From Kondoa subrosea (lineage: Eukaryota): 64,000 nt of DNA. Where the stretch lies: positions 734,925 through 798,924 of the forward strand of contig BCIN01000004.1 in the NCBI GenBank assembly GCA_039545335.1, in the 5' to 3' direction. The translations under genes were made by a program, and so were the position numbers. Positions within the stretch are counted from its first letter, which is position 1; every line of letters begins with the position of its first letter. Below, one piece after another: positions 12,101-25,743 of the stretch. A model generated the notes under the pieces. It was not told where the DNA came from, ran no database searches, and saw only the letters and a list, made by a program, of their open reading frames with translations.

Positions 12101-15100
12101 TCACGAAGTGCCGATTTCCAGCCGGATGCCCATACTTGCCAATTCTGCTAATAGATATCGGAAGACTAGACAATAGACAGCATAGATGAGCGTTGCATAT
12201 TTAATACTTGGAATGAGCATACCGAATGGAACCGCGATCAGATCCATCCTGCCCTTCTTTGCGATCGTAGTCTTGCCATTCGTCAGACTGACATGAACTG
12301 GTTTCCCAGCATCGCGTTGCTCTTCATCTTTCGCTCTGCACACTCGACAATATTCCCCTCCAGGGCCAAGATCAGCAGTTGGTTCATATTCTTCGCCATT
12401 AGGTCCAGCAATCACTTGAGTTCCCAAACCAACTTCATCATACCCAAGAGTGATCATGCTGCCACAATCTCTGCAGACCCAGGCGGTTGAGTAATCCGAG
12501 CAGTTCATCAGTCGATCTTGCAAGAGGAAAGAAGTGCCGTGAGCGAGTAAAGCATCTCGTTCCATTTCACCGAAACGGATACCACCTCCACGTTTTCGTC
12601 CCTGTAAGTTTTGTTAAGACTTCCATGAATACGAAAAAGAATAGAAATACCTTAATGGGTTGTCGAGTCAATTGATCATATTGACCTGTTGTCCTCACTT
12701 GCCATTTGTCGGAGACCATATGTCTCAAGCGTTGATAATAGACCAAACCAATAAAGATATCAGCATGGAACTCTTCACCCGTCATACCGGAATACATCGG
12801 TTCATTGCCATGATAACCATAACCAGCAGCTTTGAGTTGTTCTCCAAAATATTCAGCAGGTGTGTTCTCTTCCGAAAATGTAAAAGGAGTAGCGTCTTGG
12901 GGGATTCCGTGACATGCACCGGCCTTGCCAGCAAGGGATTCGACAAACATGCCGATAGTCATACGGGAAGGGAAAGCGTGCGGGTTGATGATGACATCAG
13001 GTTGCATACCAGATTCAGAGAATGGCATATCGATAGCTGGCCATTTCTGTGAGCAGACACCTTTTTGTCCATGTCGAGAGGAGAACTTGTCACCGATTAC
13101 CGGCGCACGAGGAACTCGGAGTTTGATATGTATCTTGGTGAGGTGTGAGTCACCAGTATCGCTACCTGTAAAATTGAATAAGATCGTATCACATTGACAA
13201 ATAGCAGGATGAACGTACCTATTAGGCGAACTTCATCAATATAAGCAACTTCATCACCCTTATACTTCTCCCAGATAGTTCTTCCCGTAGTCGGATCAAA
13301 GTAAGCCGCTATTGCTTGACCCTTCTTCAGTTTGGTGCCTATAAACGGTAAACCATCCACGTCGACCATCTCTCTCCTCTCATCTTCAGCCCGTACATCA
13401 GGTCCAAGACAGAAATAGAAAGCTTTATTATTGCCTCTTTTATCTTTCAGATCGACAATCATTGATTTGTAGATTGTTCCATAACCAAATCCACGTTCGT
13501 GAGCTGATTTGTTCAGAATCATAGCATCTTCCATATCGTAGCCAGTGTAAGAGATGACTGCTACAACAGCATTGGTTCCGTTGGGGAAAGAGTCAAAACC
13601 ATAAGTATCGTGAAGGGCTGGCCTGACTATTGGTGTCTGAGGAGACTGAATCCGATATAATTTGTTGTCCGTCCGATGCGGTAAGTTGGTAGAAGGTGTT
13701 CCCATAGTTTGTTTACCCATTTGACATTGATACATATTACGAGGACTTTGGTTGTAGTCGGAGAAAGGTGTGAGATTTGCGAGAACGGACAGCATATGTG
13801 TTGGTGCGATTTCCACGTGACTGAAAGTTGTGGAACCAGCCTTGACTTCATCAGGGATGCAAGCGATATCAAGGTAGACTTGTTCGAAAGAACCGACCAT
13901 GTCTGTTTTCATGTTTGCAAGATATTTGACGGGTCGCATCATTCTTGATCTGGACGAGAAAATGTACAGCCCAGGGTATTGACCACCTTTTGAAGCAGGA
14001 ACCAGACCAATCTCAAGATCCATTGGTATCCCTTTTTCTCCTGCTGTCTTGTACAGCCGCAAAGCGCGAGCCATTTCTGCAGCCAAAGTTGGACTAGCCC
14101 AACCAACGATCTTTCCATCTACTTGCACGCACACGTTCTTCTTTGCTTCTACTCGTGTACTCCAAGGTTGTGTCATACCGAAAGCGAATAACAGAGGTTC
14201 GACAGTCGAAGCATCGAGAGAAGATGTGATGAGTTTGCATTGATGAGAGAAATGGTTGAGCAGACCACAAGGTGATCCATCTGGTGTATGCACGGGACAC
14301 AGGAAGCCCCAAGAATCAGGTAAGAGTTTGCGCACTGTAGTCGTTCGCAATTCCATGAAGAAAGCACCACGATGGACGCAGCGGAAATGCGCCAGGAAAC
14401 GATAGAAATTGAGCTTTTCAGCTACTATTGTGAAACCTGCAGCTTGTTGCAAGTCAAGACCGGTGGGAGTGATTAGATTGCCAGTAGCGAGGAAGAACCG
14501 AAGTTTTGCGCCAACATCAGCGCTAATCCGAGCGAATTGTTTGTTAAGGTATTTGTTATCGAAGAAGTCGACTCCTTCAACTCCGCGATCAACATCGTTC
14601 TGTATAGCTGCCCGCATGTTGGTAGTCAGTTCTTCCAGCTTCTCTTTGATGATCATTCCGTAAAGGAACCCTGGCATGAGAATTTCCTGATGTTGCGGTG
14701 AGTCTGGGTTGTCTGCACAACATTCTCCTCCGACCAGCGCATACAGCTTTCGAATCATGAATCTACGGAAGATCTTCAGAATCAATTCATAGCAAGATGA
14801 AATCACTGACAATAACATGCGGAATTTATCTTCTGCTCTTGAGAGATGGACGAGGATAATCTTCTTGAGCAGAAACTTGCCCACTTCTTCGTTCGACCAA
14901 TCCGCTGGACACCCCAACACTATCCTGAACCTCATTCCCAAGAACTCTCTACATTGCTTCCCGTTGACCAGGTTGTATGACTTGAAACCACGTAAAAGCA
15001 ATTCAATCCGATCGGTCAAGAAAGGCTCAAGATCGTTTTGCGCTAGACCAGCAAAAATGTCTTTATCCGTTGATGAATTGAGAGCTTTGAGGATCATCAT

Positions 15101-16062
15101 GACCGGAATCATATATTCAGATTTCCGCCAACTGAATCTGATCGTCACACTCCCGTTCGACAGATAATGCAAAGTATTTGTTTGAGCAGTTTCATCTGGT
15201 CGAACGCAACGAATTTGCACACCATAAGGCGAATAAGCATCTCCTCGATTCTGAAACGAGTTTCGGAAAACAGCAATAACGTGGTTTCTTCTCGGTACGA
15301 TCAAGAAGCGAATCAGACGTTCGTTTCCGTTGACGATAAAGTATCCACCCATTTCTTCTGCTTCTTCATGTCTTTGGACTAGCGCAGCAGGTGCCATTCC
15401 GCGAATGTTACAACGAATAGAACGGATCATGATTGGTAGGGAACCCAATTCTCGATTTTCAGTATGTGATGCTCCACCATTGACGGACCAGGAGATCTTT
15501 GCTGTCATTCTTCCGCCGTAAGTAGTCATTCTTTCTCTTGCCTTGATGTAATATGAGAATGCGGATAGCTGGTAAATTGAAGTCTTACCTCAGACGGAAA
15601 GATTCTGGGCTCCGCGGCCTTTGCTCTGTCTGGTTGAACAGGCCTTCCAACAGATATACTGTCTACCTTGACTAGAACACAAATTTTAGTTATGCCGCAT
15701 TTCAACACAAACGAGTCTGAAGACATACTGACTAGCCTATTGCCCTTGCCCTCTTTCTCACTGAAGACTACTTTCGGATCCAAATCTTTCACAGCCAGAT
15801 CCAGCAATCCTCGAGTACCATTGTTTCCTTCAAAGAGTGCATTGAAAGACTCGATATGAGGTCGAATAAGTTCATGAGCTTCAGCATAATGAGCTTCGGT
15901 CTTGCTTGGGTATCTAAACTGCCTTTCTCGCTTTAAAGTGTTGAAGTGCGTTTCTGGCAGGACATTTCCTGGTAAAGCTCTTCTTTTGCCCAATTTCTTG
16001 CTTGATGGAGCAGTAGGGTTAGCTATGACTGGATCCGCCAACGACTGCTCAGCCAAGGACAT
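12101..16062 (-). CDS. RPA135: DNA-directed RNA polymerase I second-largest subunit, multi-exon
   Basis: Motifs [99 protein letters not shown] and ERDALLAHG are Pol I-type. Confidence 0.97.
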
Positions 16063-16389
16063 GTTGAGTGGCCGTCACAAACACTGGTTTTGCGAAAATT
16101 TAAATTTATGCTTTGCTCTCGGTCAGCCATATGATGCTAGTATCTGCTGTGTCTATTGTGAATCTGTACATATACATGCTATCTGCTATCCTATCGAAAC
16201 CCTGTTCCTCTTCAGCGCGATTTCTGACGGCTGGCTGAACGGCACCTTAATCTTTTGCTTGGCGATCCTGACGATGTTAAAAGGCCTCCGAAGCGCCACT
16301 GGTCTCTCTTTCTACACAGCCAAGAGATCTCTTCTTGTTCTGCTACGTGGATCATCTCTAGATCTCGTTTTAATAAACCTCTTGTCGCC

Positions 16390-18214
16390 ATGCTGTCTGC
16401 ACTTTCTCTTTTACTCGCTTTGTCTAGCACTGCCTTGGCGCAATCGTCGACTAGCGGTGCTGCTGAAGGGTGTGTGCAATCCCTAACAGTGGTGTGCAGC
16501 GCTGACCTACTGCTCAGCCTCTTTACCTTTGGACCGAGTACGAATATACATGCTTTATCTTTTGTCCGGATATTGATTGTATTTGTGACCTTCTTGCCAG
16601 CTGGTACTACTTCACGAGAGAACAGTCAGTGCTTCCAGTCTCTATATCATAGATCGAAAAAGTGATGTTCGAAAAAGCGCCTGCTGCCACATCTGGTCTT
16701 GGCTACACGTGAGTCAGCATCGTAATCCGGTGACACATACCTAATATCTCTATATAGTCCTTTGAACAGGAAGGTCATTCCATACAACGAGATTCCAGAA
16801 AAGGTCGACACCGGCGCATGGGGTTCGTTCTCAGGTATCCAGCTATAGGGCTCGGCTAACTTATGTAACAGGACGCGGACCTCAATCTGGTACATTAAAT
16901 GACCCTTAGACCCATCTAACAGCTGACCTTACGAAATTTAGGAACCAATCAATGTCTCAATACTACCGTCGACCCCGCGTCTTCGCAATGTCAGACTGCC
17001 ATTGTCAATTCAATTGAAGATTTCTGTCTTTGGGGCTTACCAGCAGAAGCGAATGTTGGGGATACGGAAGCTGCTGCTGTAACATATTGCACAAATTCTT
17101 CCCATGGTGGACGACCGATCGCCGCTGGATCGATTTACCAAGCTCAATTCACCTACTTTGAGCAATACGTACAGATTACTGGTCTGATCGACCAGACTGT
17201 ATGTTTTCTCTGTCATTGTCCGCGAAAGATTCTTATGGCCAATCTTTCTCAGGTCCTAAACATCACTGCAGGCGATTATGGCGGAGAGCTGGATCCTGTC
17301 GGAGCAGACTATCGAGGTAAGAAGATTTGCAACGCTTTGAGTGATCATCATTGACTTTTGCGACAGGCAATCCATTGGGTGAGAAACAAACAGTCTGATG
17401 CCAGGTTGTCGGCCTAAGATCTTTGTTACAGGTGGTCTGATGTACTCAAGAGTCTTCTCTCCTGAGTACGCAGCTCCTTTTAATCGCCTGACCTGTTCCT
17501 CATTTCTCCAACAGCGGCGAGCTTCAGCAAATTCAGCACTGGACTCAATTCATCGGATCAGATTCTTTCTGCCTAAGGTTATGCCAACCTGGAAGTTACA
17601 ACGCGGTAAATCGAAATCTCGGCCTCGAATCGTTTAGTACTGATGCGACCAATGTCAGACCTTGAACTGCGAGCATATCTACGATAGAATAGGCTGCCAG
17701 TACAACATGCGTATGAATGCTCCTTTCGTCTCTTAAATGATCACTGACATGTGACTTCAGCTCACACCGTTTCGAACAATACCTTTGAAACTTGCTATGG
17801 TCAGGACTTTGCTGTAGGTAAATGAGTGATAGCTGACAACTGTGTAGCCGATATGGGTCTACCTGTCGGAAGATATATCGATGACGCTGGTAACCTGGTG
17901 ACATATACTCAACGTACGTCAAAAGCTATTTGCCCTCATGTCAAACTAAAGGAATGTGTATGTTGACAGCACCGGAGTCGCTTGGTCCAATCACCAGCAT
18001 CCCTTACACACCTGTTACGCCATCTTCTTCCAATTGCTCAAGTCCTACTGCACCGCCAGCTGCCGTAAGTATCCCTTTTAGTTCCCATATCATCCCATGC
18101 TCACATGTCGATCAGTTCCTAATCAATCCCGCCGTCGCTACTTCAGCAGCGTCAGCAGTAATCGAATCAGCTCCAGCTCGACGCGCTTTCCGATTTGATC
18201 GAAACGGTTTCTAA
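16390..18214 (+). CDS. Secreted MP88-like mannoprotein (macrophage-activating glycoprotein family), many small exons; 3' end approximate
   Basis: Signal peptide MLSALSLLLALSSTALAQ. Exons encode CQTAIVNSIEDFCLWGLP, VGDTEAAAVTYCT, YVQITGLIDQT, GDYGGELDPVGADYRG and GGLMYS, recalled as typical of this basidiomycete family. Confidence 0.8.
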
Positions 18215-18340
18215 AAGAACACGATTTGTAAAGAGGTACATGACACGGACATTCAAACAGTCGTTGCAAAATAGATAAAAGATAGTTTCCATATTGCATA
18301 TTACACCGTACCCATACATTCTTCCTCTTGTTAAACCATT

Positions 18341-19665
18341 TTATGCTCCTCTAGGTTTGAACGGTCTTGGTCCATTTCCAGCTACTTGTCCCGTGAATCC
18401 TCTGTTCGCAACATTTGTGCCAGTATTGCCAAAGCGAGGTGCTGTTCGCGCGGAATAATCCATTGGTCTGATAGCAGCTGAAGCACTTCTGCTTGAGGAT
18501 GCCGTCTGCGCATTGAAAGGAAGCGGAGCTCGATTTGTAGATGGAAGAGGAGCGGCTCTCATCAATGGCGTAGCTGTCATTTCTGATTCAGCATAATTTA
18601 CTTGACTTTGAGGTGCCCGGAAGACTGTCCGAGCTTGTGGTGCTCTGTAAGATGGTCTATTTGGAACGGGAGGCGGAGGCATTTGATTTGCAGATAGAGC
18701 TGGAGAATACGATGGCTCGACTTGTCGACGAGCAGTGGGTCGGGAGGTAGATGGAGGTACGAAGGCGAATTGTCTGAATATTGCAAGTCAGGCAGTCCAT
18801 CATCGAGACACATACAAAGCGCTTACTGCAATGTGTCTTTCAGAGTAGGTAAATTCCGATCAGGCGGGGGAAGAGATAAGCGAGCTGGCATTTGACGTGA
18901 ACCAGAAGAAGTTTGCGAGCTGCACTCATCTGAGATATTGAAGGAAGAGACTCTACAGCAATTGCTTACCCAGGAGAGACTCTTTGTTTCCTTTTGCTCG
19001 GCCCTAGCTGAGCTGCAGGCGTAGCATTGGAAGCCAAAGCCTGGCGAAGTTTCTCATTATGGCTTCTCAAGGTTTCAAGCTCTCTGGTAGAGCGGTTCAG
19101 CTAAAGGGCGCTCACTGAACCAACAGTACGTACATTCTTTGAGCTTGCGCGGCTTCTAAGTCAGCTTTCGCACGCGCCAGGTTCTGCTTTTGCCGAAGTA
19201 CCGTCTTCTTCAAAAATCGAGTCTGAGAAACGAGAGAATCATGCTGAAACTCGACGGCTGATGTGAGATCTTTCAGAGTGCTCTCTAGATTGCGGAACAG
19301 CACTGCGATTGAAGGCGGCATCTAAAAGAAAGTGAGCTCATATGAACAGTAACACAGGAGCACAATCACATCAAAGGTCAAGGGAATGAAATTGAGGCGG
19401 TCGCGATTGCATTTTGGACACCGATTGTCGACCGCATCATTGAGGCAATTCGAGCATGCGATGTGTCCACAATCAGTCAGCGCAAAGCTAGATTCGAGAA
19501 AGATGCCATCTTCGCTGTAGCAGTTGCGAATCTCGTTATGAGCGGTAACCTCAGGTTTAAGAGAAGACTCACACTGCATCGCGTCTGCAAACGCTGCAGT
19601 AGATTTCCAAGAAGTCGGATGCGCTCAATAAAGCCAGGAGAAGATTGCCAAAGGCGAGCCTGCAT
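18341..19665 (-). CDS. RNF212/Zip3-like RING-finger coiled-coil protein (putative meiotic E3 ligase); start approximate
   Basis: Spliced RING: DFLEIYCSVC / FALTDCGHIACSNCL...CPKC. It is followed by LFRNLESTLKDLTSAVEFQ, a coiled coil and a disordered tail, which is the RNF212 architecture. Confidence 0.7.
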
Positions 19666-19814
19666 GCATGGGACGCGAGATGAATTTCATAACAACTTGG
19701 CATAAATAATGTGTCACGAACAAGTCCCTGCCTCAATCAAGCGTAGCAGACAAGCCGCGAAAGACAGCGTAGATCGAGACAGTGACCCAAGTGTGAGCTC
19801 GTGGCTGCTGAAGA

Positions 19815-22583
19815 ATGAGCCTTACTATGGTTGTGCGAAAACGTCGACGGTGCGGCCTAAAAATGTCCTCGCTCACAGGTATGCTTCCAGTCAACGGCAG
19901 GAAAGTAGCATCGCATGAATCAGCCTTGATTCCCACGGGAGCGGACGTCTTTTCAAGTCTGAGCAATGAGCTGCTCACTCTCATCTTCCTCAATCTCGAG
20001 AGTCCTGCAGCCTTCGCGCGAGTTCGCAAGCGGTTTCATTCCTTCTCCCTTGATGCTTTCGTTGTGTCTTCTTACTTTCTCAAACGATACTGCGAAAGAA
20101 CAGCACTTTATCAGCTACTTTGTCGCGGCAAGCTTGCAAGCATCGCCAGCCTAAACTTTCTCTTCAAAGGCAATGCGGTGTTCTCACGATATCTGCTGCA
20201 AGCTATCTTCGATGTTTGGCCTGTCCGTGAACCTTCGCCAAAGTTCAGATGGCTCAAGTCACAATGGTCCAGAGGCGCTTCTTTCTATCGCGGGTCAGAT
20301 CTCAGTACGAACAGATTATCTACAGGTTCATCCATCACGGCTGACGTAAGTTCCAGCTTTGGCAGCATATCATCATCTCCTTGGCAAAGGTCTTGAATTG
20401 TATGGAGAAGATGCAAAACCCGTGGTCGAAGATACAACAAACTACTATACAGCCAGATATCAACGGGCCTATCACAATGCAGCCGGATATCAACGGGCTC
20501 AAGACGACTGTACAAAGTTTCTCGGCTTGCTAATCCTGGGGCGCACCAGGTAAGTGCTTGCCGCTATATTCGAACAAAGCCAAATACCCAGAATGCGAAG
20601 GTTCAGCAAAGCATTTTCAATATAGACCCTGTGAAGTTTGTGGAGCTTGAGCAATTCATTTCGTCAACAAACTTCGCCCTCTTTTCTGACCGAGACCCAG
20701 GAACAGAGGTCGTTCTACGATGGCTGCCTTTCTTGAGTGATGTGCTTTACCAACACGTCAAGGCCCTTGGAGTTACCGTTACTATACCTGTCGTGAGAAG
20801 GATACTCGCTTGCCGATTAGCAGTATACCCAGGAGTCAGTCCGCGCGACATTCTGCAAGGTCTTCAAAATTTGGACGATGATCTATCTCTATCTCCCAAG
20901 ATCTTGAGCAACTCTATGCGAGAGTCACCTCCACGTCGGGACTTGATTCACACATTGCAGCAAATGAGTGACGATCAAGAGCTATCTTTCGATGCTCGAC
21001 AGACACTGAGGCAGCAAGTATTACAATTGGGTTTTACACCAGATATTGGAGAGACAAGACGACCATCTGCATCTGATCGCACCACTCGCGAAATCAGCTG
21101 GTTGAAACAATCTACCCTACGGATCGAACTGGCTTTCAAGATGTACAAATCGAATGTCTTCTGGCCGCTTGCATCTTCTCCAACTTCTCTGGGCTTTCTT
21201 CTGCGGCGGATCGAAAGACTGCTTGGGATTCATTACGTATCCCAATGACACCTGCATTAATGGCTCGACTTCTTATTCTACCTGGCGGTTTCAACGCAAG
21301 GTTCCTCATTGAATATACGGACGCACACCTCAAGGATGATATACCTGATATCAAGCAAGCCGCTTTGGCAGCATTGATGCAAGAGGTTGATACGGGTCAG
21401 TGCCTATACGCCGGATTCCGCTCACTTGTCTGAACGCAGATTCCAGGCGCACAAGTAATTGCATTAGTGCTACTATCCTTCTTTAGTAAGAAGGATATCA
21501 GGCAAGCAATCCTCGATCAAGCGGTAGATTCGAAAGCCCTCGATGAACCAGACTATGTTCAAGGCTACAAGACAAGATTGGGAGTAGCCACAGCAAATCA
21601 AGATGATGTGTTCGACATTTCCGTTGATGGTACTTTCGCTCCCTCGACATCTCTGATAGCAGATCCGCGGCCTTGGAATATTCCTCTCTTCTCGATCGAA
21701 GCGAACAGAAGGCAAAAAGAGGATTATACCCTGATGTACCAAGCTATCTTCGTCCGTGTTAGATTGCTAGCGGAATGATGACTCGGCTGACGACTGTACC
21801 AAGGATGTCTTGCACGATGACTGCACCATACTGGAAATTTTGCTCAAACATGCATTATTAAATAACAATCGAAATATGGTTGATATCATTTTTGCTCGTG
21901 GTTTGGCTATCAAGTTCGTCAGCTTCAATGCACCGCAGCGTATGCAGCTTACTTAGCTCATCTAGTGCGAAACATTTCAAATTCGCGGCGCAATTGCCTT
22001 ACCCAGTCAATGAGACATTACTCACAATCACATTGCACTCACCGTTTGCCATTAAGGCTGTCAACCAGAAGTTGAGCATTGTTCGTACATCTTTTTGCTG
22101 AATTTTTATCAACGGCTTACACTTTGCGCAGAGCGACAACCTGATACCGCATGAGCAGTACGGGTAAGCCTTTGTGCTGAGAGCGCAGAATCCAAACTCA
22201 ACGCCTTTCCATGACTATAGCTATAATCGCAATTATGCCGATCTAGAAGGCGATCGCGATTCTAATCAAAGAAGGGCAGAATTGAAGCAATGGCGTACAC
22301 TCTTTCAAGAAATCGTAGCAGACCTGCAACCTGATTCACCTGAAGACGTACGAGCTCAGCGTCTACTAAAAATATCACTGCTTATCATTTTTTTTTTTTT
22401 TTTCAGGAAAGAGAACTAACGCCTCTGGCGGGTGTAACTCAAGAATCCTTCGAAGAAGCAATGAAAAGGGTTGATCTTCAGCTAGAGAATTTGGCAAATG
22501 AGATCGAAACAAAAGGCAAAGGGAAGAAGAAAGGCAAAAAGATCAAAACTGCTGAAGAGAAGGATCCAACTTTCAGGCCATGA
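19815..22583 (+). CDS. F-box-like domain protein, tandem paralogue 1 (multi-exon; start uncertain)
   Basis: N-terminal FSSLSNELLTLIFLNLESPAAFARVRKRF is F-box-like. Colinear with 22979-25635. Ends KGKKIKTAEEKDPTFRP*. Confidence 0.7.
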
Positions 22584-22978
22584 GGTTGTATCGTGCCATG
22601 GTCCTTCAATGCACTTACAAGTGTCATCATGTGGTAACGAGAGAACGGCCACAAGTGCTTCAACAGCACTCCGCGTACAGGCCTTAGCAGTTGTCTCTGC
22701 CTCTGTCTTTGCTGGGGGGATCGTTTGTGGGTTGCATAGATATTACAATTTGCGCAGCGCGCCAGCTCACATCAAGCGCAACGGCTACACGCATCTGTGT
22801 CAAAAGTCCCGTGCTTTTGCTTACGTAAAACACATTTGAAATTAGTCGTTGTCAATATTCTTGCTTTTGACCACATACAGTCACCTAAATTGGGCTACCG
22901 CAACGCATACTTCCCTGAACATTGCCTTGTCAGCTCCTGGCTCACCTGAAGCGGTGGGTACAACCCTAGTATCTGGAC

Positions 22979-25635
22979 ATGTACAACGCTTCAAGAGCTC
23001 CGTACGGTGGGAGAGCGGCGCGGAGTCGATTACCAGTGGCTCCTCAGCTTCAAGCTATTACTCCCGCTACCGCAATAGCACCGAACATCATTTGCGAACT
23101 ACCAGACGAGATCCTTACTCTTATCTTCCTGGAATTGGAAAGCCCTACTGGTTTCGCGACCGTTAGCAAGCGGTTTCATGCACTTTCAATCGATCCGTAC
23201 CTCGTGGCGAGCTACTTCATGAAGCATTACTGCAAGAGAACAGCGCTCTTTCACCTTTTAGGACGAGGAAAGTTGGCTACGCTCGCATCTCTGGACTTTA
23301 TGTTCAAAATGGGAGCATCACTTTCGCGCTATCTGGTTCAGGCTTTACTAGATATGTGGCCTGGCAAAGAACCCGCAGCTTGCTTGAGATGGGTGAGGGA
23401 AATAAGTCCAAACTTCTGCAAACCCGATCTTTGTCAGTTTTGTCGGAATGGCTATCGGGTCTATCTAAATGGTGCAAATAGCGGTCACCGCATTTTACCA
23501 TATCGTAGGCAGGGCTTTGGCTCTGTACGGTGAAGATCTCAAGCCTGTTGTTACTTCTCGCCCTGCTCGTGAATATTGGCATTTTCAATATCAGCATGAC
23601 TCGAGCGATTGCGGAGAATTGAAGGAGCTGATCAACCCGGATGCGCGCCTCGTATGTTGACGACCAGAGATTCTACTTGGCTGTTGAGACTTACGGGACT
23701 ATATTTGTACAGCACCCCGCGGCAAGGAGGAGCATGGATTTGGAGAGTTTGCAGCTTTTCATTTGCAAAACCGGCTTCTCCTTCTTCTGCGATCAGGATC
23801 CAACAATTGAACAACTTCGCATCTTGCTACCCAAGTATTCTGACGCTTTCTATTCCGCTCTGAAACCGCTTGGAGTGCCTGTTACTCCTGAAATGATGAA
23901 GGCTATGCTCGTCAAGCGCCTGCAAAGCGTTTATTCAGCAGCGGACGTGATGATCGCCATCAAGCAGCTGGAAGCACTTGATTCCGAATTGATCTTGTCG
24001 TCAGAAGCTCTGCAAATCTTCTTGCATTGCCAGCCCTTGCACCTTGGTCTGATCGAAGCTGTCCAGCAACTCAGTGATCTCGAAGAACTTCGTTTCAACG
24101 GTCGAGCTACCTTAGTACAGCAAGCTTTGTTATTTGAAGTAGCGGAAGAATCATCAGTAATATACGGTTTCCGAACAACGAACGCGAGCTTGGAAAGGCA
24201 TGCAGATTGGCTACAAGGAGTCTTCATGTCGGATCGTATCGCGTTCCAGAATTCGGGTATTGAATGCCTGCTCGGTGCATCCATCTTTGCTCGAGACCTG
24301 CATCCTTCTACACAATCTCGTAAACTTCGATGGGATACCTTTGGCGTGCGTGCTCATCTGCATCATTCCAAGAGCTGATGCGCAGAATCCCGAGTAGATT
24401 GCTATGACCTCTGTTCTCTTAGCTAGACTACTGATATCGCCGGGAACACATGCACCACACGTGATTAGCTGGGTCGAGGAGTTCTGCAAAGATGATATGG
24501 AAGCGATCAAGCACGCAGCATTGGCAGCTGTGTTGAACGAGGCTGATTTAGCCGAGCATCCATCTTTGTGTCAGCTATGTAAGCTGACTACTTCAGTCCA
24601 GGCGATCGATTGAATACCCTGATCAACTTAAAACTTTTGGATCAGCAAGACATCAAAGAAGCTATCCTAGATCAAGCAATCCTTCCCAAGAATCTCGAAT
24701 TAAGAGACGGTTGCGAAGAATTCAAGACAATTCTAGGGACTTGGGACGTAGACGAGGATGATGTCTTCGATACACAAATTCATGGGCCTCTGTCTCACCC
24801 ACTCGCATTCCAAGCTGCTCCAAGACCACTGAATCTCAAGCACTTCTCTTTAGCTCATCATAAATCACAAAATTGGTTGGTTCTGTCAGAAGCTCTCTTC
24901 GTACGTATGTCTTGCTTACTTATTCATTGGACTCAGAGAGTATTAGGATATCTTCAACGATGATTGTCAAGTCCTGGAAGTCCTTCTACAACATTTCCTG
25001 GCGAATGAAAATCTCAAGATGGTTGAAGGAGTACTTGCCCGCGGGATTCCAGTCAAGTACTGATTGTGCTCTGCGCCATTTTATCCAGCTTATCAGCGTC
25101 TGACAGTGCTACTCATTTCAAATTTGCCGCTTTGTTGCCTTATGCACTCAATGACACGTTGGTGGAAGTCTGCCTGCATTCTTCCTACGCTACAAAAGCG
25201 GTCGCTGTCAAGCTCGAACACGTCTCCAGCCATGTTGCGCGAGGTTATTACGAGTAAGCGGTCAGCGATCGAATCTTGTGTAAACACCGGCTCATGGTAA
25301 CAGGGACTACGAATGGGATTATGCGGATCTTGAAGGCGATCGCAAACTCGCGACAAGAAAAGCAGAACTCAACAAGTGGAAAGCGTTGTTTACAGAGATT
25401 GCTGCATCGCTCGCTCCAGCTGAAGTGTGTTGCTTTCTCGCGCGAGCATGAGACTGATATCGACCGACAGGGAGAAGAAGTACCAGAATACGATGTGAAA
25501 GGGGATTCTTTCTTGATTGCTATCTCTAGGGTTGATCAGATGCTGGAAGCTCTCGACCCCACGACGGACAACGGACAGACCAAAAGGAGCAAGCGCGCCA
25601 GAAAAAAGGAAGATGATCCAACGTGGAAAGGATAG
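22979..25635 (+). CDS. F-box-like domain protein, tandem paralogue 2 (multi-exon)
   Basis: ICELPDEILTLIFLELESPTGFATVSKRF is F-box-like. Shares YCxRTAL..LLxRGKLA, AILDQA and HFKFAA.LPY..N.TL with paralogue 1. Ends KRARKKEDDPTWKG*. Confidence 0.75.
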
Positions 25636-25743
25636 GTCGCTCTATAGGTCCTGCAATGATGTAGTGTCGTTTGCACACTCTTCCATAGCCCAACAATTTG
25701 TGCTTTCATGCAATATGTACAGTGTTACAACTACTTAACGATA

